Source: an uncultured Eubacteriales bacterium
GTDB lineage: Bacteria; Bacillota; Clostridia; Christensenellales; UBA1242
DNA: 64,000 nucleotides
Direction of reading: 5' to 3'
Assembly (NCBI GenBank): GCA_900551855.1
Contig: URXM01000006.1
Coordinates: forward strand, 3,185-67,184
Under the pieces are notes generated by a model. It ran no database searches, was not told the origin of the DNA, and saw nothing but the letters and a program-made list of their open reading frames with translations. The stretch's first letter is position 1. Each line of letters begins with the position of its first letter. Positions 19,199 through 29,351 of this stretch are shown here, piece after piece. The position numbers were made by a program, and so were the translations under genes.

Positions 19199-21344
19199 CT
19201 TTGTCAATTCCTTTCATAGTAAGAGAAATTCTCTTTTTGTTGAGGTCAACAGACATAACTTTTACATCAACAACATCACCAACTTTAACGACATCTGAAG
19301 GATGTTTAACAAATCCGTCTGAGAGTTGAGAAATGTGAACAAGACCATCTTGGTGAACGCCAATATCAACAAAAGCACCAAAGTCAACAACATTTCTAAC
19401 CACGCCCTTAAAAGTCATACCTTCTTTAAGGTCTTCCATATGGATAACATCACTTCTAAGCACTGGTTTTGGCATAGATTCACGAATATCACGACCTGGT
19501 TTCAAAAGTTCGGAAGTGATATCTTCAAGAGTAGGCACACCAACGCCACATTCTTCGGCAACTTTCTTTTCACCTTCTTTTTCAATCAACTTAGGAAGAA
19601 GGACAAGATTGTTGTTTTTTACATCTTCTTCTGTCAAATTAAAGAGCTTCAAAAGCTTTCTAGCACCATCGTAGCTTTCTGGGTGAACAGCGGTGTTATC
19701 AAGCACATTTTCTCCCCCAACAACACGCAAGAAGCCTGCACATTGTTCGTAAGCTTTTGGTCCAAGCTTGTTGACAGACAAAAGTTCTTCTCTTCTCTTA
19801 AATCCTTTCATTTTTGTTCTGTAATCAACAATATTTTTTGCGATAGACATATTAAGTCCAGAAACATAAGAAAGAAGACTTGGAGAAGCAGTGTTCAAAT
19901 CAACTCCAACACTGTTAACGCAATCTTCAACAACACCAGACAAAACTTCTGTAAGTCTGTTTTGTGGCATATCGTGTTGATATTGTCCAACTCCAATTGA
20001 TTTAACATCAATCTTGATAAGTTCTGCCAATGGGTCTTGCAATCTTCTAGCAATAGAAACAGCACTACGAAGATTTACATCATAGTCAGGAAATTCTTCT
20101 GCAGCAAGTTTGGATGCAGAATAAACAGAAGCCCCTGCCTCACTTACAACTGCATAACTTACTGGACGATTTACATGTTTAATAAGTTCTGCAACAAAAA
20201 TTTCAGATTCTTTTGAAGCAGTTCCATTTCCAATAGCAATGATGTCAACTTTGTTCTTTTCAATCATTGCTTTAAGTTTTTCCATAGCTTCTTCTGTTTT
20301 AGAACGAGGAGGAGTTGGATAAACAACTGTTGTGTCCAAAACAGAACCATTTTTGTCAATAACTGCAATTTTACAGCCATTGTGATATCCTGGGTCAAAC
20401 CCCATAATAATATTATTTTTAAGAGGAGATTCCATAAGAAGAGGTCTCAAATTAACCTCAAACATTTTGATTGCCTGCTCATCAGCCATATCTGTCAAAT
20501 TGTTTCTGCATTCTCTTTCAAGAGAAGGGAACAACAAACGATCATAGGCATCGTGGATAACTTCATCCATAAGAGCATTTGTATCTTCGTTGTCTTTCTT
20601 ATAATATCTTTCAATAACAGGAATAGTAAGTTTTTCATCAATAGTGATGTCGACTTTCAAGCATTTTTCTTTTTCGCCACGATTGATAGCAAGGATTCTG
20701 TGACTAGGCAAAGTCTTAACTTCTTGTTTGAAGTTTGCATAAGTTTCATAAGTCAAATTGTTTTCATTTTCAAGAAGAACACAATTGATAAAAGCCTTGT
20801 TTGCAATGATTTCACGAAGTTCTTTTCTAAGTTCGGCATTGTCAGAAATTCTTTCTGCAACAATATCTTTTGCCCCTGCAATAGCATCTTCAACAGTAGG
20901 CACTTCTTCTGTGATAAACTTTTCTGCTTCTTTCAAAACAACATAATCTTTTGATTGTGCTTGCAAAATATCTGCAAGAGGTTCCAATCCCTTCGCAATA
21001 GCAACAGAAGCTCTTGTTTTTCTCTTTGGCTTGTAAGGTCTATAAATATCTTCAACTTCGGTAAGAGTCATAGCTTCTTCCAAAGCTTTTGCAAGTTCGT
21101 CAGTCCATTTACCTTGCTCGGTAATAACTTTTTGAACTTTTGCTTTTTCTTCATCAAGATTTCTCAAATATTTCAATCTGTCGGCGAAATTTCTCAAAAC
21201 TTGATCATCGCAAGAGCCGTGCATTTCCTTTCTGTAACGAGCGATAAATGGAATTGTATTCCCTTCATCAATAAGTTCAATAATGTTGTGAGTATAATCA
21301 CTTCTAAGTCCAAATTCGCTTGAAAGTCTTTCTTCAATAGTCAT
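19188..21344 (-). CDS. tex: transcription accessory protein Tex (YqgF/HhH/S1 domains)
   Basis: N-terminus ...IIELIDEGNTIPFIARYRKE, with a C-terminal S1 domain GVVRNVVDFGAFVDIGVHQDGLVHISQL. Confidence 0.9.
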   Translation of the reverse strand: MTIEERLSSEFGLRSDYTHNIIELIDEGNTIPFIARYRKEMHGSCDDQVLRNFADRLKYLRNLDEEKAKVQKVITEQGKWTDELAKALEEAMTLTEVEDIYRPYKPKRKTRASVAIAKGLEPLADILQAQSKDYVVLKEAEKFITEEVPTVEDAIAGAKDIVAERISDNAELRKELREIIANKAFINCVLLENENNLTYETYANFKQEVKTLPSHRILAINRGEKEKCLKVDITIDEKLTIPVIERYYKKDNEDTNALMDEVIHDAYDRLLFPSLERECRNNLTDMADEQAIKMFEVNLRPLLMESPLKNNIIMGFDPGYHNGCKIAVIDKNGSVLDTTVVYPTPPRSKTEEAMEKLKAMIEKNKVDIIAIGNGTASKESEIFVAELIKHVNRPVSYAVVSEAGASVYSASKLAAEEFPDYDVNLRSAVSIARRLQDPLAELIKIDVKSIGVGQYQHDMPQNRLTEVLSGVVEDCVNSVGVDLNTASPSLLSYVSGLNMSIAKNIVDYRTKMKGFKRREELLSVNKLGPKAYEQCAGFLRVVGGENVLDNTAVHPESYDGARKLLKLFNLTEEDVKNNNLVLLPKLIEKEGEKKVAEECGVGVPTLEDITSELLKPGRDIRESMPKPVLRSDVIHMEDLKEGMTFKGVVRNVVDFGAFVDIGVHQDGLVHISQLSDGFVKHPSDVVKVGDVVDVKVMSVDLNKKRISLTMKGIDKDEQ

Positions 21345-21345
21345 T

Positions 21346-22422
21346 TTATTTTCTCCTTAATATTTGTAATATTTCACTAATAATTGTATCATAATCAGGC
21401 ATATTTTTCATAAGGATTTTACCATTTTTCTGTAAAATCTCACCATTATGCACAGTCATAAAAACATCTTTCTTTGATTTTCCCCAAACAAGAGTTTTAA
21501 GCACATCGTCATACAATGATTTCCCACCGCTTACAACAATAAAGTTGGCAAAATTCCCTTTTTCAACACCATATTTTTCAAGTCCCAAAATCTTTGCCCC
21601 GTTGTAAGTTGCCACTTCAAACACTTCTTTTTCTTCAATGCAATCAGCATTTTCAAACAATCCTCTTTGAGTCATAATCAACTGCCTCATAAAAGCAAAA
21701 AAGTCAATTTCAAAACTCTTTCCACTTCCAAGTCCAACGCAAAAATCTTTGCTTTGAAGAGAAATGAAATTTGTTGGTCTAACCCCAGATTTTCCATCAT
21801 CTGATGGTGTCAAACAAAAAGAACAATCATATTGTGAAAACAACTCAAAATCATCTTTTTCAAAACAGTTTCCACCAACAATAATCGGTTCTCTATCCAA
21901 ATATCCAAAATCTTCCAAAACTTGTGGCAAAGATTTTTTATACAGCAAATCTACCGTTCCAAGTTCTTCCAATGTCTTGCCTGCTTCAATAAACAATTTG
22001 TTTTGATTTTTAGCAACAGTTGAAACAATTTCAGACAATTCTTGCTCACTTTTCTCTTCAAATTTATCAACAAAAACACAATTAAACTCATTTTTTGCTG
22101 CCACATCATTATAGATTGCACCTGCAAGAATGTTTTTGACAGTCATCAATTTTTGAACTAAATTTACAATATTGCAGTCAAATTGATTTATCTCTTCATA
22201 ATTCTTTTGAAAAGCATCAATGCTATGACAGAACACATTTACAAATGGTGGCAAAACATACCCACCTTGCAAATCAAAGGTTTCAATGTCCCCTTTTTGA
22301 TTTGACAATTCTCCTAAATTTTTTATATCCTTAATAGTGTTATTTTCAATCAAAATGTCAACGGCGTTTACTTGACCATTTTTTACATCAACCAAATTGG
22401 CATTTTTGAATAATTTTTGCAT
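21346..22422 (-). CDS. amidohydrolase-family protein (metal-binding motif not canonical)
   Basis: The start MQKLFKNANLVDVKNGQ at 22422 has AAGGTGG upstream. The longer track ORF would overlap dinB. The fold-typical N-terminus (ANLVD...ILIENNTI) is present, but the HxH position reads FCHS. Confidence 0.6.
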   Translation of the reverse strand: MQKLFKNANLVDVKNGQVNAVDILIENNTIKDIKNLGELSNQKGDIETFDLQGGYVLPPFVNVFCHSIDAFQKNYEEINQFDCNIVNLVQKLMTVKNILAGAIYNDVAAKNEFNCVFVDKFEEKSEQELSEIVSTVAKNQNKLFIEAGKTLEELGTVDLLYKKSLPQVLEDFGYLDREPIIVGGNCFEKDDFELFSQYDCSFCLTPSDDGKSGVRPTNFISLQSKDFCVGLGSGKSFEIDFFAFMRQLIMTQRGLFENADCIEEKEVFEVATYNGAKILGLEKYGVEKGNFANFIVVSGGKSLYDDVLKTLVWGKSKKDVFMTVHNGEILQKNGKILMKNMPDYDTIISEILQILRRK

Positions 22423-22489
22423 ACAAACCACCTTATTATAGATACTAAATGTATAAAAAGAGTATAAAACAAAAAGGTCAAAAAGGCAA

Positions 22490-23695
22490 ATGAAAGATAA
22501 AACAATTTTACATTCTGATGTCAACAATTTTTTCGCTTCTGTAGAATGCTCAACAAATCCGGACTTGTATGGAAAACCAGTTGCAGTGACTGGCAATCCA
22601 CAAAAAAGAACGGGTATTATTTTGGCAAAAAATGAAATTGCAAAAGCTCAAGGTGTCAAAACTGGAGAAGCAATTTGGCAAGCAAAAAAGAAATGCCCTG
22701 ACCTTGTTACTGTCGGCCCACATTATGCACTATACGAAAAGATATCAAAAAAACTTCACGAATTATATTTGCAATACACTGACCTTGTAGAACCTATGGG
22801 TATGGACGAATGTTGGCTTGATGTGACACATTCTTTGAAATATTTAGGAAAAGACGGCAAACAAATTGCAGATGAAATAAGACAAAGAGTCAAAGATGAG
22901 TTTGGCTTTACTGTTTCTGTTGGAGTTTCGTTTTCAAAAATTTTTGCCAAACTTGGCAGTGATATGAAAAAACCAGATGCAACAACAATCATTGACAGAG
23001 CTCATTTCAAAGAAATAGCTTACAAACTTAAGATAAATTCGATTGTAGGTTTTGGACGCAAATTGACTGACAAATTAGAGAAAATGAATATAAACACAAT
23101 TGGAGATTTTGTTTCTCTAAAAGAGTCATTTGTCAAAGAATTGTTAGGCAAAACTGGAATAGAACTTTATCAAAAATTGAAAGGCGAATTGATTGACGAT
23201 GTAAAATGTTATTATGACATCTTGCCCCCAAAAAGTGTTGGAAATGGAACAACAACAATTGAAGATATCATAGAGCGAGACGACATAAAAAAAGTAATAA
23301 CTTTTTTGAGTGAAAAAATAGGTCTAAGACTTACAAACAGCAAATTTCAAGGTTCAACAGTTTCTGTGACGCTAAAAACAAACGATTTCAAACGATTTAG
23401 ACATTCAAAAACAGTTTCTCCAATTCAATCAAGCGAAGAGATAACAAAAACTGCAATGGATATTATTGACGAATTTTGGGAATATGACAAATATATAAGA
23501 GCAATAAGAATTTGCGTTTCAAATTTGAATAAAATAGACAGAATGGAGCAACTTTCTTTTCTCAATAAAGATACAAACGACCTTGAAAGAACGATAAATG
23601 AAATCAACAATAAATATGGGAAAAACAAAATCTATGTAGCAAGCGATACTGTCTCTTTTATCAATAGAAAAAATGAAGATGAAAGTTCTTTCTAA
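22490..23695 (+). CDS. dinB: DNA polymerase IV (Y-family)
   Basis: Contains ILHSDVNNFFASVE, GMDECWLDVT and SVGVSFSKIFAKLGSDMKKP. Confidence 0.9.
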   Translation: MKDKTILHSDVNNFFASVECSTNPDLYGKPVAVTGNPQKRTGIILAKNEIAKAQGVKTGEAIWQAKKKCPDLVTVGPHYALYEKISKKLHELYLQYTDLVEPMGMDECWLDVTHSLKYLGKDGKQIADEIRQRVKDEFGFTVSVGVSFSKIFAKLGSDMKKPDATTIIDRAHFKEIAYKLKINSIVGFGRKLTDKLEKMNINTIGDFVSLKESFVKELLGKTGIELYQKLKGELIDDVKCYYDILPPKSVGNGTTTIEDIIERDDIKKVITFLSEKIGLRLTNSKFQGSTVSVTLKTNDFKRFRHSKTVSPIQSSEEITKTAMDIIDEFWEYDKYIRAIRICVSNLNKIDRMEQLSFLNKDTNDLERTINEINNKYGKNKIYVASDTVSFINRKNEDESSF

Positions 23696-23747
23696 TTTTG
23701 GTTAAGCAAAAACAAATCTCAACAAAACAGCCAGAAAAACATAACAA

Positions 23748-23776
23748 AAAAAACGCCAAACGGCGTTTTCTTTTTA
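23748..23776. terminator. bidirectional terminator between dinB and secF
   Basis: Hairpin aaaacgcc-aaac-ggcgtttt with A/T runs on both sides. Confidence 0.6.
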
Positions 23777-24901
23777 ACCTACAACTTCAACAGTGTCATC
23801 TTTCTTTTGACTGGTTGTGTTGTTTGAAATTTTCTTTCTTTTTCTTGGTCTATAAGCAATTGCCCAAAGTCCAGGAATGATGAAGATTGAAGAATAGAAA
23901 CCTGAAAGGATTCCGACTATAATTGGGAATGTAAATGTTCTAATATCAGTCACACCAATTACAGTAATCATAAATACCATAATAAATGTTGTGAATGTAG
24001 TCAATACAGAACGCATCAACATATTTTTTACAGCATTGTTTGCAACTTGCTTGTTGCTTACTTTTTGATTTGATTGTCTTGCAACTTTCAAATCATCTCT
24101 CATTCTGTCAAATATGATGATTGCATTGTTTACTGAATAACCCAAAATGGTTATAAGTGCAGCAATAAATGAAACATTTATTTGAATACGGCAAATCAAC
24201 ATAACAGAAGAAGTGATCAAAATGTCGTGCATAAGTCCCAAAATTGCAGCCATACCACTTGTGAATTCAAAACGGAATGCAACATAGATCAAAATCAAAA
24301 CCACTGCAACAATCAAAGCAATAAATGATTTCATAACAAGTTCGGCACTTGCACTGGCAGTAGTAACCCCACCATTTGTCACAAATCCTGCTTGATCAAG
24401 ATTTTCAAGTTCTTCAAAAGTTGTGTCAGAATCAACATATCCAAATGCTTTCAACAAAGCAAGTTGAATATCATCATTTATTTGTTCAATTTCACTTTCT
24501 TCTTTTGAATTGTCGTTTTGATATTTGATGATAACAGCACTTTCTTCATTCAATCCCAAATCAGTGTTTGAAATAGTAGTTTTTTGAATTGTATTGATAG
24601 AAAGTCCATATTCTTTCAAAACTGTATTGATTTTTGATTCAAGTTTACCCATATCAGTGTCAAGGTCGTATGAAGTATATTCTTCATAAGTGCCTTCTGA
24701 GTTTGTGTAAATGGTCATATTTGAGCCACCTGTGAAGTCAATACCAAGATTGAAACCAAGTGTGCACAACATAACAGCCCCTACTACAATGATAAGAATT
24801 GGAGCAATCAAAAACCATTTCATATTTTTGCAGAAGTCGAATTTAGAATTTTCGATTCTTTCATCAACAGATAATCTAGTTTTTTTCTTAAATTTATTCA
24901 T
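23774..24901 (-). CDS. secF: protein translocase subunit SecF
   Basis: A periplasmic-type insert followed by six C-terminal TM helices. Overlaps secD by 8 nt. Confidence 0.85.
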   Translation of the reverse strand: MNKFKKKTRLSVDERIENSKFDFCKNMKWFLIAPILIIVVGAVMLCTLGFNLGIDFTGGSNMTIYTNSEGTYEEYTSYDLDTDMGKLESKINTVLKEYGLSINTIQKTTISNTDLGLNEESAVIIKYQNDNSKEESEIEQINDDIQLALLKAFGYVDSDTTFEELENLDQAGFVTNGGVTTASASAELVMKSFIALIVAVVLILIYVAFRFEFTSGMAAILGLMHDILITSSVMLICRIQINVSFIAALITILGYSVNNAIIIFDRMRDDLKVARQSNQKVSNKQVANNAVKNMLMRSVLTTFTTFIMVFMITVIGVTDIRTFTFPIIVGILSGFYSSIFIIPGLWAIAYRPRKRKKISNNTTSQKKDDTVEVVG

Positions 24902-26252
24902 TTGCCTGCCCTCCTACGATTGCCTCTTCATTTTCTTTGAAATGTCTAACTTGTTTAGGCAAATGAAGTTTTTTAGCTTTAACGCTGTTGAGTGGAAGAT
25001 ACCATTTTACGAGATATCTCAAGATAACCAAGTTCATAAACATTGAAAGAACAATACCAATCAAAAGAGTTATAGCAAAACCTTGAATTGATGCAGTTCC
25101 CAAAATGTAAAGAACAATAGCAGTCAAAATTGTTGTAATATTACTATCAAAAATTGGCCAGAATGCACGTTTAAATCCAGTCTTTACAGAAAGAGGTATT
25201 TTCTTTCCAGAACGATATTCTTCTCTTGTTCTTTCAAAAATGATAACTGTTCCGTCAACTGCCATACCGATACTCAAAATGATACCAGCGATACCAGGCA
25301 AAGTAAGTTGAACAAATGGAATAGCTTGCAAGAAGAACAACATCAAAACAACATACATTACCAAAGCGAAAGATGCAAGAAGACCGAAATCTCCATATCT
25401 CCACCAGAGCAAGACCATAATCAAAATCATACCAATGGCCCCACCGATGATGGCATATTTAAGAGCTTCACTTCCAAGCGTTGCAGAGATAACATTGCTT
25501 TCAATAAGATCCAATTGAACATTGAAAGTTCCACTCATAATTTGAAGAGCATAACTTTCTGCATCATCATAAGATTTAAAACTTCCAGAAATGAAAGTAG
25601 ACCCCCCAGTGATTTTGCTTTCACAAGTTAATTGTTGGAACAAATTGTCAGAACTGATGTCTCCCAAATAAACATAGATTTTTTGAGAACCATTTGCAGC
25701 ACTTTCAGTCAAATTTGCAAACTTGTCAGCACCCTCAGATGTAAACTTCAATGAAACACCGTATTCATAATTTCCTTCACTGTTTTTTTGATAAGAAACT
25801 TGAACATCTTCAATGTCTGTCCCAGTGATTTGAGCTTCGCCATTTTCTTCCAAAGTCATATAGAGAGGTTGAGGTTCTCCAATCAAATTGAAAATTTCGT
25901 TTGAATCAGTAACAGAAGGAACTTCAATTCTTATTTTAGTTCCACCCTGTCTTTGGATTGTAGCTTCTGAATATTCAGCTGTAATAACAGATTCCAATCT
26001 TGTAACAGTGGCATCTATTGCAGTGTCCAAATTTTGAGTGTTGCTGTCTTTTGAAAGAGAACAATCATAGACAACAGAAATACCACCTGCAATGTCCAAC
26101 CCAAGAGAAATTGAATTGGCAAAACCATTGTAGGTGAAAGATGTAAATGGAACATTAAAACTGCAAACAGATAAAACAATTCCAAGAATGGTAATAACAA
26201 CCATAGCAACAAAATTGATTATGGAATTCTTTTTAACTCTACTTCTAGCCAT
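24894..26252 (-). CDS. secD: protein translocase subunit SecD
   Basis: C-terminal region LTLPGIAGIILSIGMAVDGTVIIFERTREE. Operonic with secF. Confidence 0.85.
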   Translation of the reverse strand: MARSRVKKNSIINFVAMVVITILGIVLSVCSFNVPFTSFTYNGFANSISLGLDIAGGISVVYDCSLSKDSNTQNLDTAIDATVTRLESVITAEYSEATIQRQGGTKIRIEVPSVTDSNEIFNLIGEPQPLYMTLEENGEAQITGTDIEDVQVSYQKNSEGNYEYGVSLKFTSEGADKFANLTESAANGSQKIYVYLGDISSDNLFQQLTCESKITGGSTFISGSFKSYDDAESYALQIMSGTFNVQLDLIESNVISATLGSEALKYAIIGGAIGMILIMVLLWWRYGDFGLLASFALVMYVVLMLFFLQAIPFVQLTLPGIAGIILSIGMAVDGTVIIFERTREEYRSGKKIPLSVKTGFKRAFWPIFDSNITTILTAIVLYILGTASIQGFAITLLIGIVLSMFMNLVILRYLVKWYLPLNSVKAKKLHLPKQVRHFKENEEAIVGGQANE

Positions 26253-26351
26253 TACTTCCCCTTAATTTCTACATATAAATTTGATAAATAATTTTAGATA
26301 AATTACCTTGTTTAGTATAATACATTAAGGGACTTATGTCAATTAAAAAGA

Positions 26352-26759
26352 CTACTTTTTTTTCAAATTAACACAAATGATACCACATATAGCACCAATG
26401 ACGCTTCCAAAGACAATATCGTTTAAAAAAGTGCGATCAAAACAGAAAGTCCCATCTAAAATTGAAAACACCAAAAATGCCAAAATAGTGAAAAACAGAC
26501 CAATCAAAAAGCCATTTAAAAGACCCATTTCTTTGTGTTTTTTAAGTCCAATAAACACCCCAAAAAAGATGCTTACACCTTTGATAACTTGATTGACTGG
26601 TGCGATTATTTTGTCGGAAATGTTTGTAAATCTAAGAATAAAAGCAAAAAGCAAAATTCCCACCAAAGCAACACCAAGCCCCACCAACACGCCTTTCAAA
26701 ACACTCAAAAAAAGACCACTTGAAAAGCTTTTTTCACTTTTAGATGTTTTCAATTTCAT
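26352..26759 (-). CDS. small integral membrane protein (about 4 TM helices)
   Basis: 135-aa ORF with four long hydrophobic stretches. It lies between yajC and secD. Confidence 0.6.
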   Translation of the reverse strand: MKLKTSKSEKSFSSGLFLSVLKGVLVGLGVALVGILLFAFILRFTNISDKIIAPVNQVIKGVSIFFGVFIGLKKHKEMGLLNGFLIGLFFTILAFLVFSILDGTFCFDRTFLNDIVFGSVIGAICGIICVNLKKK

Positions 26760-26891
26760 TATTGCCTCCCTGCCATTTTTTAAACATTGGACATACTGTT
26801 TTAAGATAGAATATCTTATGCAGTCTGTTTAGCAATAATGACAAAGAAAATAGACAATAAAAAAAACACAAATGTGTTTTGCATTTGTGTT

Positions 26892-27422
26892 TTATTTTTT
26901 GCTTTTAGCCTTAGGTTTTTCCTCTTTTGTTTCTGCTGTTTTTTCTTCAGCTTTTGCTTCAACAACTGGAGCTGATTCTTCTTGAGGCTCAACCTTTTCT
27001 TTTTTATCTTTCTTGTTCTTCTTTGCTTCTTTTTTTGCTTGTTCTTCTTCCAAAGCCTTACGCTCAGCTTCTGCCTTTGCTTCAGCTTCTTTTTTGAGTT
27101 CTGCTTCGCTCTTAAACACTGTGTAAATTGCATAAGCATCAACACTCAAATAACTCTTGTTTTTTCCACCAGTTTCAAGCACGACAACTTTTTGTGAGTC
27201 GTCAAATTTAAGTTCGACAATAGTTCCATAAACACCACTTGTTGTCAAAACCTTGTCTCCAACCTTCAAAGAATTGGTTTGTTCTTGAACTTTTTGAGTC
27301 TCTCTCTTGTTTCTAGCATTCATCATAATAGGAAGAGCAATCAAAAGCAAAACAACGATAGCAATCAAAACATAATTCCAGATTCCAGTTGTAGCACTGC
27401 CTTCAAGCAACATACTGCTCAT
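26892..27422 (-). CDS. yajC: preprotein translocase subunit YajC with a long K/E/A-rich C-terminal tail
   Basis: One TM helix followed by LKVGDKVLTTSGVYGTIVEL, then ~80 aa of a charged repeat-like tail (KKEAEAKAEAERKALEEEQAKKEAKK...). Confidence 0.8.
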   Translation of the reverse strand: MSSMLLEGSATTGIWNYVLIAIVVLLLIALPIMMNARNKRETQKVQEQTNSLKVGDKVLTTSGVYGTIVELKFDDSQKVVVLETGGKNKSYLSVDAYAIYTVFKSEAELKKEAEAKAEAERKALEEEQAKKEAKKNKKDKKEKVEPQEESAPVVEAKAEEKTAETKEEKPKAKSKK

Positions 27423-27437
27423 AACAAAATCTCCTTT

Positions 27438-27512
27438 TTATTTGAAATAAAAGCCCAACATTAAGGCCATGAATATTACCCCCAAAGGTAGTATCAATTC
27501 ATTTATTCCCAT
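27438..27512 (-). CDS. candidate 24-aa hydrophobic peptide upstream of yajC
   Basis: My translation is MGINELILPLGVIFMALMLGFYFK. AAAGGAG lies 8 nt upstream of its ATG. Its stop codon lies within the yajC ribosome-binding region. Confidence 0.3.
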   Translation of the reverse strand: MGINELILPLGVIFMALMLGFYFK

Positions 27513-27605
27513 TTAAGTGAACTCCTTTTAAGATATTACCATAACATAGTAGCATATTCCAAACAAAAATTCAATATTGTTTACGAAAAATATGTTATTT
27601 TGTCA

Positions 27606-29342
27606 TTAAAATTTTTTAGATTTAACTTCATCTTTAAGTCTGGCAATAAAGTCATCAAGTTTAAGACCTGATGCATTTTCAAAACCACGACCACGAATAG
27701 AAATTGTGTTGTTCTTTTCTTCTTCATCTCCAACAATGATAAGATAAGGTATTTTCATAGAAAGAGCTTCACGGATCTTATATCCAATCTTTTCGTTTCT
27801 GTCATCAAGTTCAACTCTTATGCCTTCATCAAAAAGAGTATCTTTGATTTTCTTAGCATAATCATTGTTTCTGTCTGTCAAAGTTAAAACCTTAACTTGA
27901 ACAGGAGCGAGCCAAAGTGGGAAAGCACCTGCAAAGTGTTCAATCAAAATACCCAAAAATCTTTCCAAAGATCCATAAATAACTCTGTGGATCATAATTG
28001 GGCGATGTTTTTCACCATCTTCGCCAACATATTCAAGTTCAAAGCGTTGTGGAAGTTGGAAGTCAAGTTGAATAGTTCCGCATTGCCAAGTTCTTCCGAT
28101 AGCATCTGTCAAATGGAAGTCAATCTTTGGTCCATAGAAAGCACCATCGCCTTCATTGATCACATAATCAAGTCCAAGTTCGTCAAGAGCGTCTTTCAAA
28201 GCGTTTGTTGCCATTTCCCAATCTTCATCACTTCCCATACTGTTGTCAGGACGAGTAGAAAGTTCTACATGATACTTAAATTTGAATGTCTTGTAAACTT
28301 CATCAATAAGTGAAACAACATTTTTGATTTCGCCTTTGATTTGACTTGGAGTCATAAAGATGTGAGCATCATCTTGTGTGAAGCAACGAACTCTCATAAG
28401 TCCACCAAGTTCGCCTGATTTTTCGTGTCTGTGAACAAGACCAAGTTCGCCAAGTCTTAAAGGCAAATCACGATAAGAATGTGGAGAGTTTTTGTAAACC
28501 AAAATTCCACCTGGGCAGTTCATAGGTTTGATAGCAAAATCAACATCATCGATTTTTGTTGTATACATATTGTCTTTATAGTGATCCCAGTGCCCTGAAG
28601 TTTCCCAAAGATGACGAGAAAGCATTATAGGTGTTGAAATTTCATCATAACCTGCTTTTCTGTGAATTTCGTGCCAATAATCAATCAAAAGATTTCTAAC
28701 AATCATTCCGTTTGGAAGATAGAATGGAAATCCTGGACCTTCTGGAGAAATCATGAAAAGTTTAAGTTCCTTTCCAAGTTTTCTGTGATCTCTCTTCTTT
28801 GCTTCTTCAAGCATAGTGATATGTTCGTTTAATTGCTTTTTGTCAGGATAAGCATAAACATAAACTCTTTGAAGCATTTTGTTCTTTTCGTTTCCTCTCC
28901 AATATGCTCCATTTACAGAGTGAATCTTAAAAGCATAGTTTTGCAAATTCTTACTGCTTTCAACATGAGGTCCACTGCAAAGGTCAAAGAAGTCATCGCC
29001 TGTATAATACAAAGATATAACAGCTTCTTTTGGAAGTTCGTTGATGATTTCTGTTTTATATTCGTTTCCTTTAAAAAGTTTCAAAGCTTCTTCTCTTGAA
29101 ACTTCTTTTCTTACAAAAGGTTCTCCCTTGTTGATGATTTCCTTCATCTTCTTTTCAATGGCAGGAAAATGATCTGGTGTCAATTGTTCGTCCAAATCAA
29201 CATCATAATAAAAACCATCTTCAATCGCTGGTCCTATTGTAAGTTTTGTGCTTGGGTAAAGCTGCATCAAAGCTTTTGCCAAAATGTGCGCAAGAGAATG
29301 TCTTGCTCTGTGTAATTTTTCATCTTTTTCAATAATTTCCAT
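27606..29342 (-). CDS. thrS: threonine--tRNA ligase (lacks the N-terminal TGS domain)
   Basis: MEIIEKDEKLHRARHSLAHILAKAL... begins at the editing-domain HxxxH motif and is preceded by AAGGAGA. Class II motifs are present. The 19 extra codons in the ORF track overlap the T-box terminator. Confidence 0.92.
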   Translation of the reverse strand: MEIIEKDEKLHRARHSLAHILAKALMQLYPSTKLTIGPAIEDGFYYDVDLDEQLTPDHFPAIEKKMKEIINKGEPFVRKEVSREEALKLFKGNEYKTEIINELPKEAVISLYYTGDDFFDLCSGPHVESSKNLQNYAFKIHSVNGAYWRGNEKNKMLQRVYVYAYPDKKQLNEHITMLEEAKKRDHRKLGKELKLFMISPEGPGFPFYLPNGMIVRNLLIDYWHEIHRKAGYDEISTPIMLSRHLWETSGHWDHYKDNMYTTKIDDVDFAIKPMNCPGGILVYKNSPHSYRDLPLRLGELGLVHRHEKSGELGGLMRVRCFTQDDAHIFMTPSQIKGEIKNVVSLIDEVYKTFKFKYHVELSTRPDNSMGSDEDWEMATNALKDALDELGLDYVINEGDGAFYGPKIDFHLTDAIGRTWQCGTIQLDFQLPQRFELEYVGEDGEKHRPIMIHRVIYGSLERFLGILIEHFAGAFPLWLAPVQVKVLTLTDRNNDYAKKIKDTLFDEGIRVELDDRNEKIGYKIREALSMKIPYLIIVGDEEEKNNTISIRGRGFENASGLKLDDFIARLKDEVKSKKF

Positions 29343-29351
29343 TTCAAATTC

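Noticed and set aside
22423-22489. LexA/SOS box (GAAC-N4-GTTC type) upstream of dinB
   Set aside because: No such motif is visible in the 67-nt upstream region.
22476-22490. CtsR-box-like direct repeat GGTCAAAAAGGCAAA in the divergent region between dinB and the amidohydrolase-tex-mcsA-mcsB-clpC unit
   Set aside because: The second heptad lacks the T (GGCAAA) and the spacing is 2 nt rather than 3 nt. The sequence runs into the dinB ATG. No ctsR gene is in the window. It is probably chance in A-rich DNA.
26816-27145. 109-aa K/Q/R-rich ORF overlapping the 3' part of yajC in another frame
   Set aside because: It is an alternative-frame reading of the K/E/A-rich tail of yajC. It has no independent start signals.
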